Position numbers and translations under genes: made by a program. A stretch of 64,000 bases of DNA from Desulfosudaceae bacterium (GTDB lineage Bacteria > Desulfobacterota > Desulfobacteria > Desulfobacterales > Desulfosudaceae). The first letter of the stretch is position 1. Each line of letters begins with the position of its first letter. Of this stretch, positions 30,417-38,333 are shown in pieces. The notes below the pieces were generated by a model. The model ran no database searches and had not been told where the DNA came from. It saw only the letters and a list, made by a program, of their open reading frames with translations. The DNA lies in NCBI GenBank assembly GCA_963674745.2, contig CAXXDV010000003.1:2176001-2240000 (forward strand), given 5' to 3'.

Positions 30417-31979
30417 TCAATCAAATTTCCTGATCACTGCCATGACCGGTTTTGTCAAAAGCGCCGCCAGCAAGCTGATCAGGGCCAGGAGGCTGTAATT
30501 ACCCAGTGGGATATGCTGCAGCAGAAAAGGGCCGCGGCGGGCTTCCAGCAAAAAAAGCAACGGCGAGGCACGCCAGTTAAAATAGATACGGTTATCCGAT
30601 ATAATGGAAACGCCTCTTTCCAGATAATGCTGTTTGATTAAATAATAAAACGAAATCGGTTCTCCCAGGCAGAAATAAATCTGCTGGACAATGCAAGCCA
30701 GAAAAAACAAGGCCCACAGACGGCGACCCCACCTTCCAGATTCTTGTTGGTGGTCCGTAACAGCCTGTTCGGATAAAAAAGTCGCAACCGGCAGCAACAG
30801 AAAGGGCACAACCGGCATCAGGTATCTCGGCCCCAGGCAGAACCCGCCGTGCCAGTCACTTCGGCAGGCGAGAAACACCCAATGAAACACGATTGTGTTG
30901 GCCAGCACCCAGGACAGGAGCCGATTAGTGACATGAAGGCGGCGCCACCATATAAGGCAAACGAGAACGATCGGGCAATACCATAATAGCCCTTTTCCGG
31001 GACTGACCAGAAGACCGGACAGCCCTTCCCAGGGCGAAACAAATGTGCCGTAAGTAACAGGAGAGATCAACCGCCCGGTTTTCAGAATATGACCGAACCG
31101 GGCGTAGTTCAACCAGCAGAAAACAGCAGCAAAAACAGAAAATCCACCGGTAAATACCAGGGCAGCCGCCAGCCCTTTTTTTATCCGCCTCATCCCCTTG
31201 CCTGTTTTAACGCTGGGATAAACACCATACACAAGAAAAAAGGGTACAAAAAGAACGGCCCTTAGATGAACAAAAAAGCCCAGGCCGATAAACAAACCAG
31301 CCCCTGCTAACCACAAATATCCCTTCATTTCTTCGCCATCAGAGGCGGCATTGCGCATGAGGCAGTAAAAAGAAATCAGCGTCCAGAGCATGGTCAACGG
31401 CTCTCTAAACATGGTCCCGGAATAACTCCAAAAAGGCGTCGCCAGGGCCAGGAGTAGCGTAGTAGTCAGTGCGACGGAAAGGGAGGGGACAAGCTGTCGG
31501 ACAATAAAAAAGAACACCACCATTACAAACGCGCTGACAAGCGGTGTAAAAAAAGAGACGAGAAAACGCAGGGCATGTTTTTCCGGATATTCCGGTAGGG
31601 TTTCATGAATGTAGTCTTTCAACGAATCCCCACTGACCGCAAAACTGATCGGAATACTAAAGGTCTCCGTTTCAAACCATCGGGACCGGTTAATCTTCAT
31701 GGCCAGCTTGATCATCGGGACCATTAATATGGATTGACCCGGTGCGTAACCTGTATAAAGTTGACCGTCGAGCCCGCGGGCGACACCGAATCCCCGCCAT
31801 GCGGCCAGATCATATTTCAGGGCCATGGAACCGTTTGCTGCCAGCGCCTCACCGGTTCGAAAGATAATTTCCCCATCGGGACTTCGTATCCCGCCATAGG
31901 CCATCAAACAATACGCCCCTATGCAAAACGTAAAAAGCAGTAACGCCCCGGCCATCTGTCTGTATCGTACAGAACTCAT
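30417..31979 (-). CDS. GT-C fold multi-pass glycosyltransferase (ArnT/PMT_2-like)
   Basis: SPDG after TM1, PGQS loop, EP motif, SPGKGL, WHGG.CLGPRYL; about 11 TMs. Confidence 0.7.
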   Translation of the reverse strand: MSSVRYRQMAGALLLFTFCIGAYCLMAYGGIRSPDGEIIFRTGEALAANGSMALKYDLAAWRGFGVARGLDGQLYTGYAPGQSILMVPMIKLAMKINRSRWFETETFSIPISFAVSGDSLKDYIHETLPEYPEKHALRFLVSFFTPLVSAFVMVVFFFIVRQLVPSLSVALTTTLLLALATPFWSYSGTMFREPLTMLWTLISFYCLMRNAASDGEEMKGYLWLAGAGLFIGLGFFVHLRAVLFVPFFLVYGVYPSVKTGKGMRRIKKGLAAALVFTGGFSVFAAVFCWLNYARFGHILKTGRLISPVTYGTFVSPWEGLSGLLVSPGKGLLWYCPIVLVCLIWWRRLHVTNRLLSWVLANTIVFHWVFLACRSDWHGGFCLGPRYLMPVVPFLLLPVATFLSEQAVTDHQQESGRWGRRLWALFFLACIVQQIYFCLGEPISFYYLIKQHYLERGVSIISDNRIYFNWRASPLLFLLEARRGPFLLQHIPLGNYSLLALISLLAALLTKPVMAVIRKFD

Positions 31980-32064
31980 GAATGGATGATCTCTTATGAC
32001 TTGATTAAAGCCATAGTATTACCGGAAACCCTTGGTTGTCTATCCTTTTTAGTATCACGTATTA

Positions 32065-32208
32065 AGGGCACCTCTAAAAATTGCCTTTTGGCCCGATCTC
32101 GGCGTTGTGCTCAAATTTTAATCCTCGAAATACGTCTATGTATTCCTCCGGTTAAAATTTTCGCACGCCTTGACCTCGAACCAAAATTCTAATTTTTAGA
32201 GATACCCT
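32065..32208. mobile_element. MITE-like element, 144 bp, with 18-bp imperfect TIRs
   Basis: AGGGCACCTCTAAAAATT ... AATTTTTAGAGATACCCT; internal palindrome (aattttaatc...aatac/gtatt...ggttaaaatt). Confidence 0.75.
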
Positions 32209-32320
32209 GAAGTTTATACGATTTGACAAACCCTCCGACTGGCTGTAAAAAGTAGAATGATTTGCCCGGCGACACACTTGCCATGATTTGCCGGATAACG
32301 GAAACCGACAACAAAAATAT

Positions 32321-32392
32321 AGGGTGTTTCTAAAAATTGGAACCTGAGCACAATCCCGACATCGGGCAAAAGGGATTTTTTAGAGGTGCCCT
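32321..32392. mobile_element. Internally deleted, inverted copy of the same MITE
   Basis: AGGGTGTTTCTAAAAATT ... TTTTTAGAGGTGCCCT; its last ~48 bp match the reverse complement of 32065-32113. Confidence 0.7.
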
Positions 32393-32405
32393 GAAGAGAG
32401 CGTTC

Positions 32406-33128
32406 ATGAAAAAATCAGTTGGATTGTATATTTTAGCTTTTTTTATGTGCCACATATTTGCCTGTTCTGATGAAAACAGGGATATTAAACTTGACACCAC
32501 CGATAAAAAATTCAGCTATGTCATGGGCTATGAAGCAGTTGGCGTGATCGACAATCTTGAAGCCGTAGCCATCGACAAAGACGCTTTCATAAAAGGCATC
32601 AGGGATGCTTTTGATAATGAACTGCCTCTTTTGACCCAGCAGGAAGGCCTGGAAATCAAGGCGCTGGTCTTTGAAAAGGAGCGCGCCCTTAAAAACCAGC
32701 AGATCATGAAAGACACGAAAAAAAATCTGGATGAGCAGAAGGCGTTCCTGGAGCACAATAAAACGCTGGACGGGATTGAGGCGACCGCCGGTGGGTTGCA
32801 ATACAAAATACTTGAAAAAGGAGACGGCCCGCGGCCCTCACCAGAAAGTGCCGTCCGTCTTCACTCCCGGGCAAGGCTTCTGGATGGTACATTGGTTGAA
32901 TCCCTGTCCACCCGGGACACATCTGTTGTTGTTCCGGTTAAAGGCAATCTGCCTTTCTGGGAAAAGGTACTCGCGGTCATGCCCGCAGGAAGCCGGTACC
33001 GTTTTTTTGTCCCCTCAGCCCTTGCCTATGGCGAGATGGGTAATTTCGTTGACGGCGGCCGCGTCGGCCCAAACCAGTTGATCATTATTGACATTGAATT
33101 GCTGGAGATTATCAAACCAGCAGGTTAA
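32406..33128 (+). CDS. FKBP-type peptidyl-prolyl isomerase (FkpA/Mip-like), probable lipoprotein
   Basis: IFAC lipobox, SYVMG N-domain, GLQYKILEKGDG, FVPSALAYG, IELLEI. Confidence 0.85.
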   Translation: MKKSVGLYILAFFMCHIFACSDENRDIKLDTTDKKFSYVMGYEAVGVIDNLEAVAIDKDAFIKGIRDAFDNELPLLTQQEGLEIKALVFEKERALKNQQIMKDTKKNLDEQKAFLEHNKTLDGIEATAGGLQYKILEKGDGPRPSPESAVRLHSRARLLDGTLVESLSTRDTSVVVPVKGNLPFWEKVLAVMPAGSRYRFFVPSALAYGEMGNFVDGGRVGPNQLIIIDIELLEIIKPAG

Positions 33129-33171
33129 TGAGTCAGATGACAACCACATCGGCTATAAATGGCAGGCGGCT

Positions 33172-34608
33172 GTGAAACGACCTCGACTATTTCTGACAAA
33201 TATCGGCAAAAGACAGTACGAATTTTCGTTAATCACGCCGCCCCTCGGCATTATGTACCTGGCGGCTTATATCCGGTCCCGGTTCGATGCCGATATCATG
33301 CTGGTCAATCAAAAGGTCGCCGGCTATTCCAATGACCAGCTCATCAGTAAAGCGATTGAATTCAAAGCGGATATAATCGGCTTAAGCGTGTTGACGCCCA
33401 CTGCGCACAATCTTCCCTACCTGACCCGCATACTGAAAAAAATGATGCCCCGGGCACTGGTCATTATCGGTGGCCCTCATGTGTCTGCCTTTGAGGCGAG
33501 GTCACTTGAAAACAACATGGCCGACATCGCCGTTCCCAGAGAGGGTGAACTGGCCCTGGAGCAGATCGTGCGGGCTTATCTGGAAGGCGACTCTAACGCC
33601 TTTGAAGCAATACCGGGAATATTCCGACGATGCCCGGACGGTCAGGTTATCACCAATCCGGGCAGCATCCCTTTTATCAAGGATATTGATTCACTGCCGC
33701 CACCGGCCTACGACCTGATAGACCTTAAACCATACTGGAAAACACAGTCCATGCCGCCGCTGCCGCACCGGAGATACGCCTCCCTTTTTTCCAGCCGCGG
33801 ATGCCCCTACCATTGCATTTACTGTCACAGGGTCTTCGGAGATGCCTTCCGCAGCCATTCAGCCGAGCGCATTGCCGATGAAATGGCCTGGCTGCAGAAA
33901 AAATTTAACGTCCGGGATTTCGAATTTCTGGATGATATTTTCAATCTGAATAAAAAACGAATACGGCGTTTGTCCGAACAGATTTCAAAAAAACAAATCA
34001 AAACAAAACTGGTCTTCCCCAACGGGGTTCGAACCGATATCCTTGATAAAGAAGATATTGACTTGCTTTTTCGTATGGGTATGTATTTCGCCAGTTTTGC
34101 CCTGGAGTCAGGATCGCCCCGGATTCAAAAGCAGATCGGCAAAAACCTGAATATCGACAAATATATCGAAAATGTGAATTACGCAGCCTCTCTGGGGGTC
34201 GTCTGCAACGGATTTGCCATGATGGGGTTCCCCACAGAGACCGAAGAAGATCTCCGGATGACAATAGATGTAACCTGCGGATCCCGACTCCACACGGTGT
34301 CTTTTTTTACCACCACCCCGTTTCCCAACACGGAAATGTATCGCCTGGCGCAGGAGAAATTCCCGGAACGATTACAGGGACTGGTCTATAATGACATGGA
34401 ATATGCCGGCCTGGCCGTCAACCTGTCGGATGTGCCGGACCGGGTACTGTTTGCTTATCAGCGTCAGGCCAACAGACGCTTTTTCCTCAATCCCAATCGA
34501 TTGGCCCGGTTAATAAAAGACTATCCTCAACCCTATAAATTGCCGCTCTACCTTCCGGTTTTTGCCCGTCGCGCCCTGAAAGGCCTTTATCGACACCGGC
34601 CTGAATGA
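33172..34608 (+). CDS. Cobalamin-binding radical SAM protein (class B)
   Basis: PPLGIMYLAA, IIGGPHVS, EGE, SRGCPYHCIYC, DDIF, ESGS, GFPTET; probable GTG start at 33172. Confidence 0.92.
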   Translation: MKRPRLFLTNIGKRQYEFSLITPPLGIMYLAAYIRSRFDADIMLVNQKVAGYSNDQLISKAIEFKADIIGLSVLTPTAHNLPYLTRILKKMMPRALVIIGGPHVSAFEARSLENNMADIAVPREGELALEQIVRAYLEGDSNAFEAIPGIFRRCPDGQVITNPGSIPFIKDIDSLPPPAYDLIDLKPYWKTQSMPPLPHRRYASLFSSRGCPYHCIYCHRVFGDAFRSHSAERIADEMAWLQKKFNVRDFEFLDDIFNLNKKRIRRLSEQISKKQIKTKLVFPNGVRTDILDKEDIDLLFRMGMYFASFALESGSPRIQKQIGKNLNIDKYIENVNYAASLGVVCNGFAMMGFPTETEEDLRMTIDVTCGSRLHTVSFFTTTPFPNTEMYRLAQEKFPERLQGLVYNDMEYAGLAVNLSDVPDRVLFAYQRQANRRFFLNPNRLARLIKDYPQPYKLPLYLPVFARRALKGLYRHRPE

Positions 34609-34692
34609 ACTATGGCTTAACAGATTTTTTTTACTGCCTTAGGGCAACGGCCTGATTTTGAACAATAACGCAAAAAAATTATCAGCCTCGCG

Positions 34693-35673
34693 TCAGCGCT
34701 CCTGATCCTGAAGACCGGCCACAACCGCAGGATAAATTTTACTGTAAATCGCTTTGGCCACCAGGTTATGACCGGCCGGAGACCAGTGATGGTCATCGTA
34801 ATATAATGACGATGGGGCATGACCACTGGCACTGAGTACTGAAAAAATATCGATTCGTGGATTTTTCGACCAACCCGACAACTGGAACAATTTTCCTTCC
34901 AGGCACCAGGTCGGCGTAATAAAAAAAGTTTTAATACCGGATCGCCATGCGCATTTCTCAATTTCCTTTAAATTATTATAGCAATCCCAGAGAGAAGCGC
35001 GTTCCACTTTTTCTCGATATGTTTTGCTCTGGTCATAAAAGAATTTTTTGAACCCAAAATACAGGCCATACATGGTCTGGTAAAACTCGGATTTCAACAG
35101 AATCGGATGAGCCCGGAGAAAAAACCCGGAAAAAGACTGCCGGTGATTATTTCCGCCTTCCCCGTCGTTTTCTCCGTATTGGACGATCAGCATATCCGGA
35201 TCGAACCCGAGGATATTTTCCTTTAAATAACGCAACTCCTGGAGCGAAGAATATCCGGGCACACCGGCGTTAATCACTTCAACCGTCCCCTGACCGAAGG
35301 CGGTATCAAACATCTGTTGTAATCGAGCAGGATAAGTGGATTCGTATGGACACCCCACGCCAAACGTACAGGAATTACCCAGGCAAAATATTTTGTATGC
35401 ATTATTCGTTTTCTTTTCATACAAATCCGGCCCCCGGAACCCCTGGGCGTTAACCTCCGTCTGGGCACAAGACGGCGTCAGGCGCCAGAACCGGGTCGAA
35501 TGAGGCTCAAAAAGGCCCAGTTCAACCGTCCTGTGGCCGACACCGATAAGGGGTTTTGGAAAATCAATATCGGAAACTCTCAAGCCGACTTCGCACAACA
35601 CAAGGGCAATCAACAGAACCAAACAGACAGAACCTGTTTTTTTAATCATTCTCATACGCCCGCAACTGTTCAA
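34693..35673 (-). CDS. SGNH/GDSL-family protein (membrane anchored)
   Basis: LCEVGLR anchor, NAQGFRG, LGNSCTFG, NAGVPGYSS, GEND, DDHHW. Confidence 0.85.
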   Translation of the reverse strand: MNSCGRMRMIKKTGSVCLVLLIALVLCEVGLRVSDIDFPKPLIGVGHRTVELGLFEPHSTRFWRLTPSCAQTEVNAQGFRGPDLYEKKTNNAYKIFCLGNSCTFGVGCPYESTYPARLQQMFDTAFGQGTVEVINAGVPGYSSLQELRYLKENILGFDPDMLIVQYGENDGEGGNNHRQSFSGFFLRAHPILLKSEFYQTMYGLYFGFKKFFYDQSKTYREKVERASLWDCYNNLKEIEKCAWRSGIKTFFITPTWCLEGKLFQLSGWSKNPRIDIFSVLSASGHAPSSLYYDDHHWSPAGHNLVAKAIYSKIYPAVVAGLQDQER

Positions 35674-35833
35674 AACATGAATATAAATGCTGTTCCTGCA
35701 GCCCCAGGGCGATCTTTCGCCACATATAAAAGCCGGTCAAACAAAGATTGCCTTCTGATTTTAACACGTATATAGTATTTTTCATTATTTTGAACGAAGG
35801 GGCAACACATTCCTCTTTTTTGAGAAAAACACC

Positions 35834-36625
35834 ATGACGGGGAGAAATGAAATTATCCGGTTGACCATATTGATTACCGTCTATTCCGAAGAGACTGCGC
35901 TGCAACAGACAATTCAACGGCTGACACAAAATGACTGCGGCTACATTCACGAAATTCTCCTGGTTGTATCCCCCTTATCGTCTCTGAAGTGCCTGGAAAT
36001 CTGCCGCAACCTGGCCGAAGAAAATACGCTGGTCAAATTTATGCTTCAAAAAAATGCCGGCGTGGGGCACGCGGTTCGGGAAGGATTCGCCGTCGCTAGC
36101 GGTGACTACATCACCCTTATGTCGGCTGATCTTGAGAATGATCCCGATACCGTCGATCGAATGGTCAGCCGGATCGAACAGACCGGCTGTCAGGCGGTTC
36201 TTGCCAATCGCTGGCTGAAAAACGGCGGGTTTCAAAACTATCACCCGCTGAAACTGGCCTTAAACTTTTGTTTTCAGCAGGTATTCAAACGCATATATGC
36301 CACCGATGTAGGCGATTTGACGTTTGGTTTCAAGACCTTGAAAAAAGACATGGTCGATGCCATCAACTGGGAAGGGACCTTCCATGAAATTTTCATTGAA
36401 ACGACCTTGAAACCGTTGCTTCAGAATGCATCCATTTACCAGGTCCCCACGGTCTGGACGGGACGAAAAGAAGGGGTCAGTAAAAACAGTTTTTTTATTA
36501 ATTGCCGATACGTCTGGCTGGCCGTCAAGCTGATCCGTCACATTCCGGCGCAACGAAAAAAAGCGCACGAGGCGACAGGAAAACCCGCCATTGCCGTTCC
36601 CCGGCGGGAACACAACGAACTGTAG
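35834..36625 (+). CDS. Glycosyltransferase family 2 (DPM-synthase-like)
   Basis: ITVYSEE, GVGHAVREG, MSADLE, DLTFGFK, REGVSK-like C-terminal motif. Confidence 0.85.
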   Translation: MTGRNEIIRLTILITVYSEETALQQTIQRLTQNDCGYIHEILLVVSPLSSLKCLEICRNLAEENTLVKFMLQKNAGVGHAVREGFAVASGDYITLMSADLENDPDTVDRMVSRIEQTGCQAVLANRWLKNGGFQNYHPLKLALNFCFQQVFKRIYATDVGDLTFGFKTLKKDMVDAINWEGTFHEIFIETTLKPLLQNASIYQVPTVWTGRKEGVSKNSFFINCRYVWLAVKLIRHIPAQRKKAHEATGKPAIAVPRREHNEL

Positions 36626-36687
36626 CACATGCGGTTCCAACAAGACCGGTTGGCAAAAGACGGATCTTCAGGCATAGGAGTGCCGAT

Positions 36688-38193
36688 GTGCATGTTACCC
36701 TGATTAACCCGCCGGCTCTTGTCGGGCGGTTTAATTATTCCGCTTTTACCCACCCGCCAATGGGACCGGCCTACCTGGCCGCCTGCCTGCGGCAGAAAGG
36801 GCACACGGTAAGCATTATTGACGCCGTAGGCGAGGCGATATCAGAGTTCGCTCCCTATCCGCCTTCAAACCGTTTCCTGGTACAGGGATTGCGATTTGAT
36901 GACATTATCCACCGGATCCCCCCCGAGAACGCGCTTACCGGTATTTCCTGCATGTTTTCACATACCTGGCCGCTGGTCAGGGGACTGATCCGGCAAATAA
37001 AATCCGCTTTCCCCGATGTGCCCGTTATTGCAGGCGGTGAACACCCCACCGCCCTGTACGCGTATTGTCTCCGCCAGGCGCCCCTGGAGGCCTGTGTTCT
37101 GGGGGAAGCAGAAAATACGATCGTCGAAATCGCCGACGCCCTGGAAAACGGATGCCCCCTGTCTGAAATCGAAGGGATCGCCTGGATAAACAAGGAAACC
37201 CGGGAAGTGGTGAGAACCGGAGAGAGAAAGGTGATTACCGACCTTGACACCCTGCCCTCACCGGCCTGGGACCTGATTCCCTGGAAAGAATACAGGCTTT
37301 TTGACGGGCCGGTGCTGTCGCAGCCTTTTGCCATTTTGGCGTCCCGAGGATGCCCTCACAATTGCGCCTTCTGTTCTGCCCCGAACATGTGGCAACGGGT
37401 ATGGCGGAAACGGACACCGGAGAACATCATTCAGGAGATGATGGATTATATCTCAGCCCACCGGATTGCGGAGTTCCAATTCAGGGACATCAGTCCGCTG
37501 ATCCAACAAGAATGGATCCAGGATTTATGTATGACGATCCGTGAGCAACTCCCGGGCATCCGCTGGCAGATGCCGGTCGGCGGCCGGCCGGAAGTGATAG
37601 ACGAAACAACGGCCGGGTTACTGGTCAGTTCCGGATGCCGGCATATCCAGTTCGCCCCGGAAAGCGGCAGTCCGGCCGTATTGGCGGCCATGAACAAACA
37701 TTTGGATTTAAACCGGTTCAAACAGGCCGTGGTAGTGGCAAAAAATGCGGGCATGCGCATCAGCGTGCTGTTTATCATCGGTTTTCCCGGTGAAACCCGT
37801 CGGGACATCATGCTGACCTACCGCCTGATACGCTGGCTGGCAAGACATGACGTCGAAGAAATCGCGGTTTCCTCTTTTGTACTGCTGCCGGGAACACAGA
37901 TATTTAATCGAATAACCGCTTCACGGACATTAAAAATAGACGATGCCTTTTTTTATCAAGCGGCGGGCGCAACTGCCTTTACCCCCTCGGCTTCCTGGAA
38001 CCCGGATATGGGGAAATTTTCCCTGCTGATATACAAATGGCTGGGACTGATTCAATTTTACGCCATTGCTTTTTTCCGCCACCCCTCGAGGCTGACACGG
38101 ATACTATCAAACCTGAGAAGGGGGCGGCAGGAGACCAAAATCGACCGTGTTATGGCGGAAATCGTCACCAAAATCAAACGACGTGCTTTTTAA
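36688..38193 (+). CDS. Cobalamin-binding radical SAM protein (class B)
   Basis: LINPP, PMGPAYLAA, AGGEHPT, SRGCPHNCAFC, PESGS, IGFPGET; GTG 36688 with AGGAG RBS. Confidence 0.92.
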   Translation: MHVTLINPPALVGRFNYSAFTHPPMGPAYLAACLRQKGHTVSIIDAVGEAISEFAPYPPSNRFLVQGLRFDDIIHRIPPENALTGISCMFSHTWPLVRGLIRQIKSAFPDVPVIAGGEHPTALYAYCLRQAPLEACVLGEAENTIVEIADALENGCPLSEIEGIAWINKETREVVRTGERKVITDLDTLPSPAWDLIPWKEYRLFDGPVLSQPFAILASRGCPHNCAFCSAPNMWQRVWRKRTPENIIQEMMDYISAHRIAEFQFRDISPLIQQEWIQDLCMTIREQLPGIRWQMPVGGRPEVIDETTAGLLVSSGCRHIQFAPESGSPAVLAAMNKHLDLNRFKQAVVVAKNAGMRISVLFIIGFPGETRRDIMLTYRLIRWLARHDVEEIAVSSFVLLPGTQIFNRITASRTLKIDDAFFYQAAGATAFTPSASWNPDMGKFSLLIYKWLGLIQFYAIAFFRHPSRLTRILSNLRRGRQETKIDRVMAEIVTKIKRRAF

Positions 38194-38277
38194 CGACAAT
38201 GTCCCTCAAAAAATCAGTTATCATTTTATAGTGAAAGGGCACAAACGGGGGGGGGCGAGTGGACGTGACGCACAAGC

Positions 38278-38301
38278 GGGCACGGCACGCCGTGCCCCTA
38301 C
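38278..38301 (-). repeat. GTAG-type REP
   Basis: GGGCACGGCACGCCGTGCCCCTAC, exact reverse complement of 16645-16668. Confidence 0.8.
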
Positions 38302-38333
38302 ATGAATTCGTAACCAGCACCGTGAAGAAGGGA

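Noticed and set aside
31986..32405. 68-aa ORF and N-terminal extension of the FKBP ORF
   Set aside because: Both run through the MITE copies; the FKBP start at 32406 gives a proper signal peptide.
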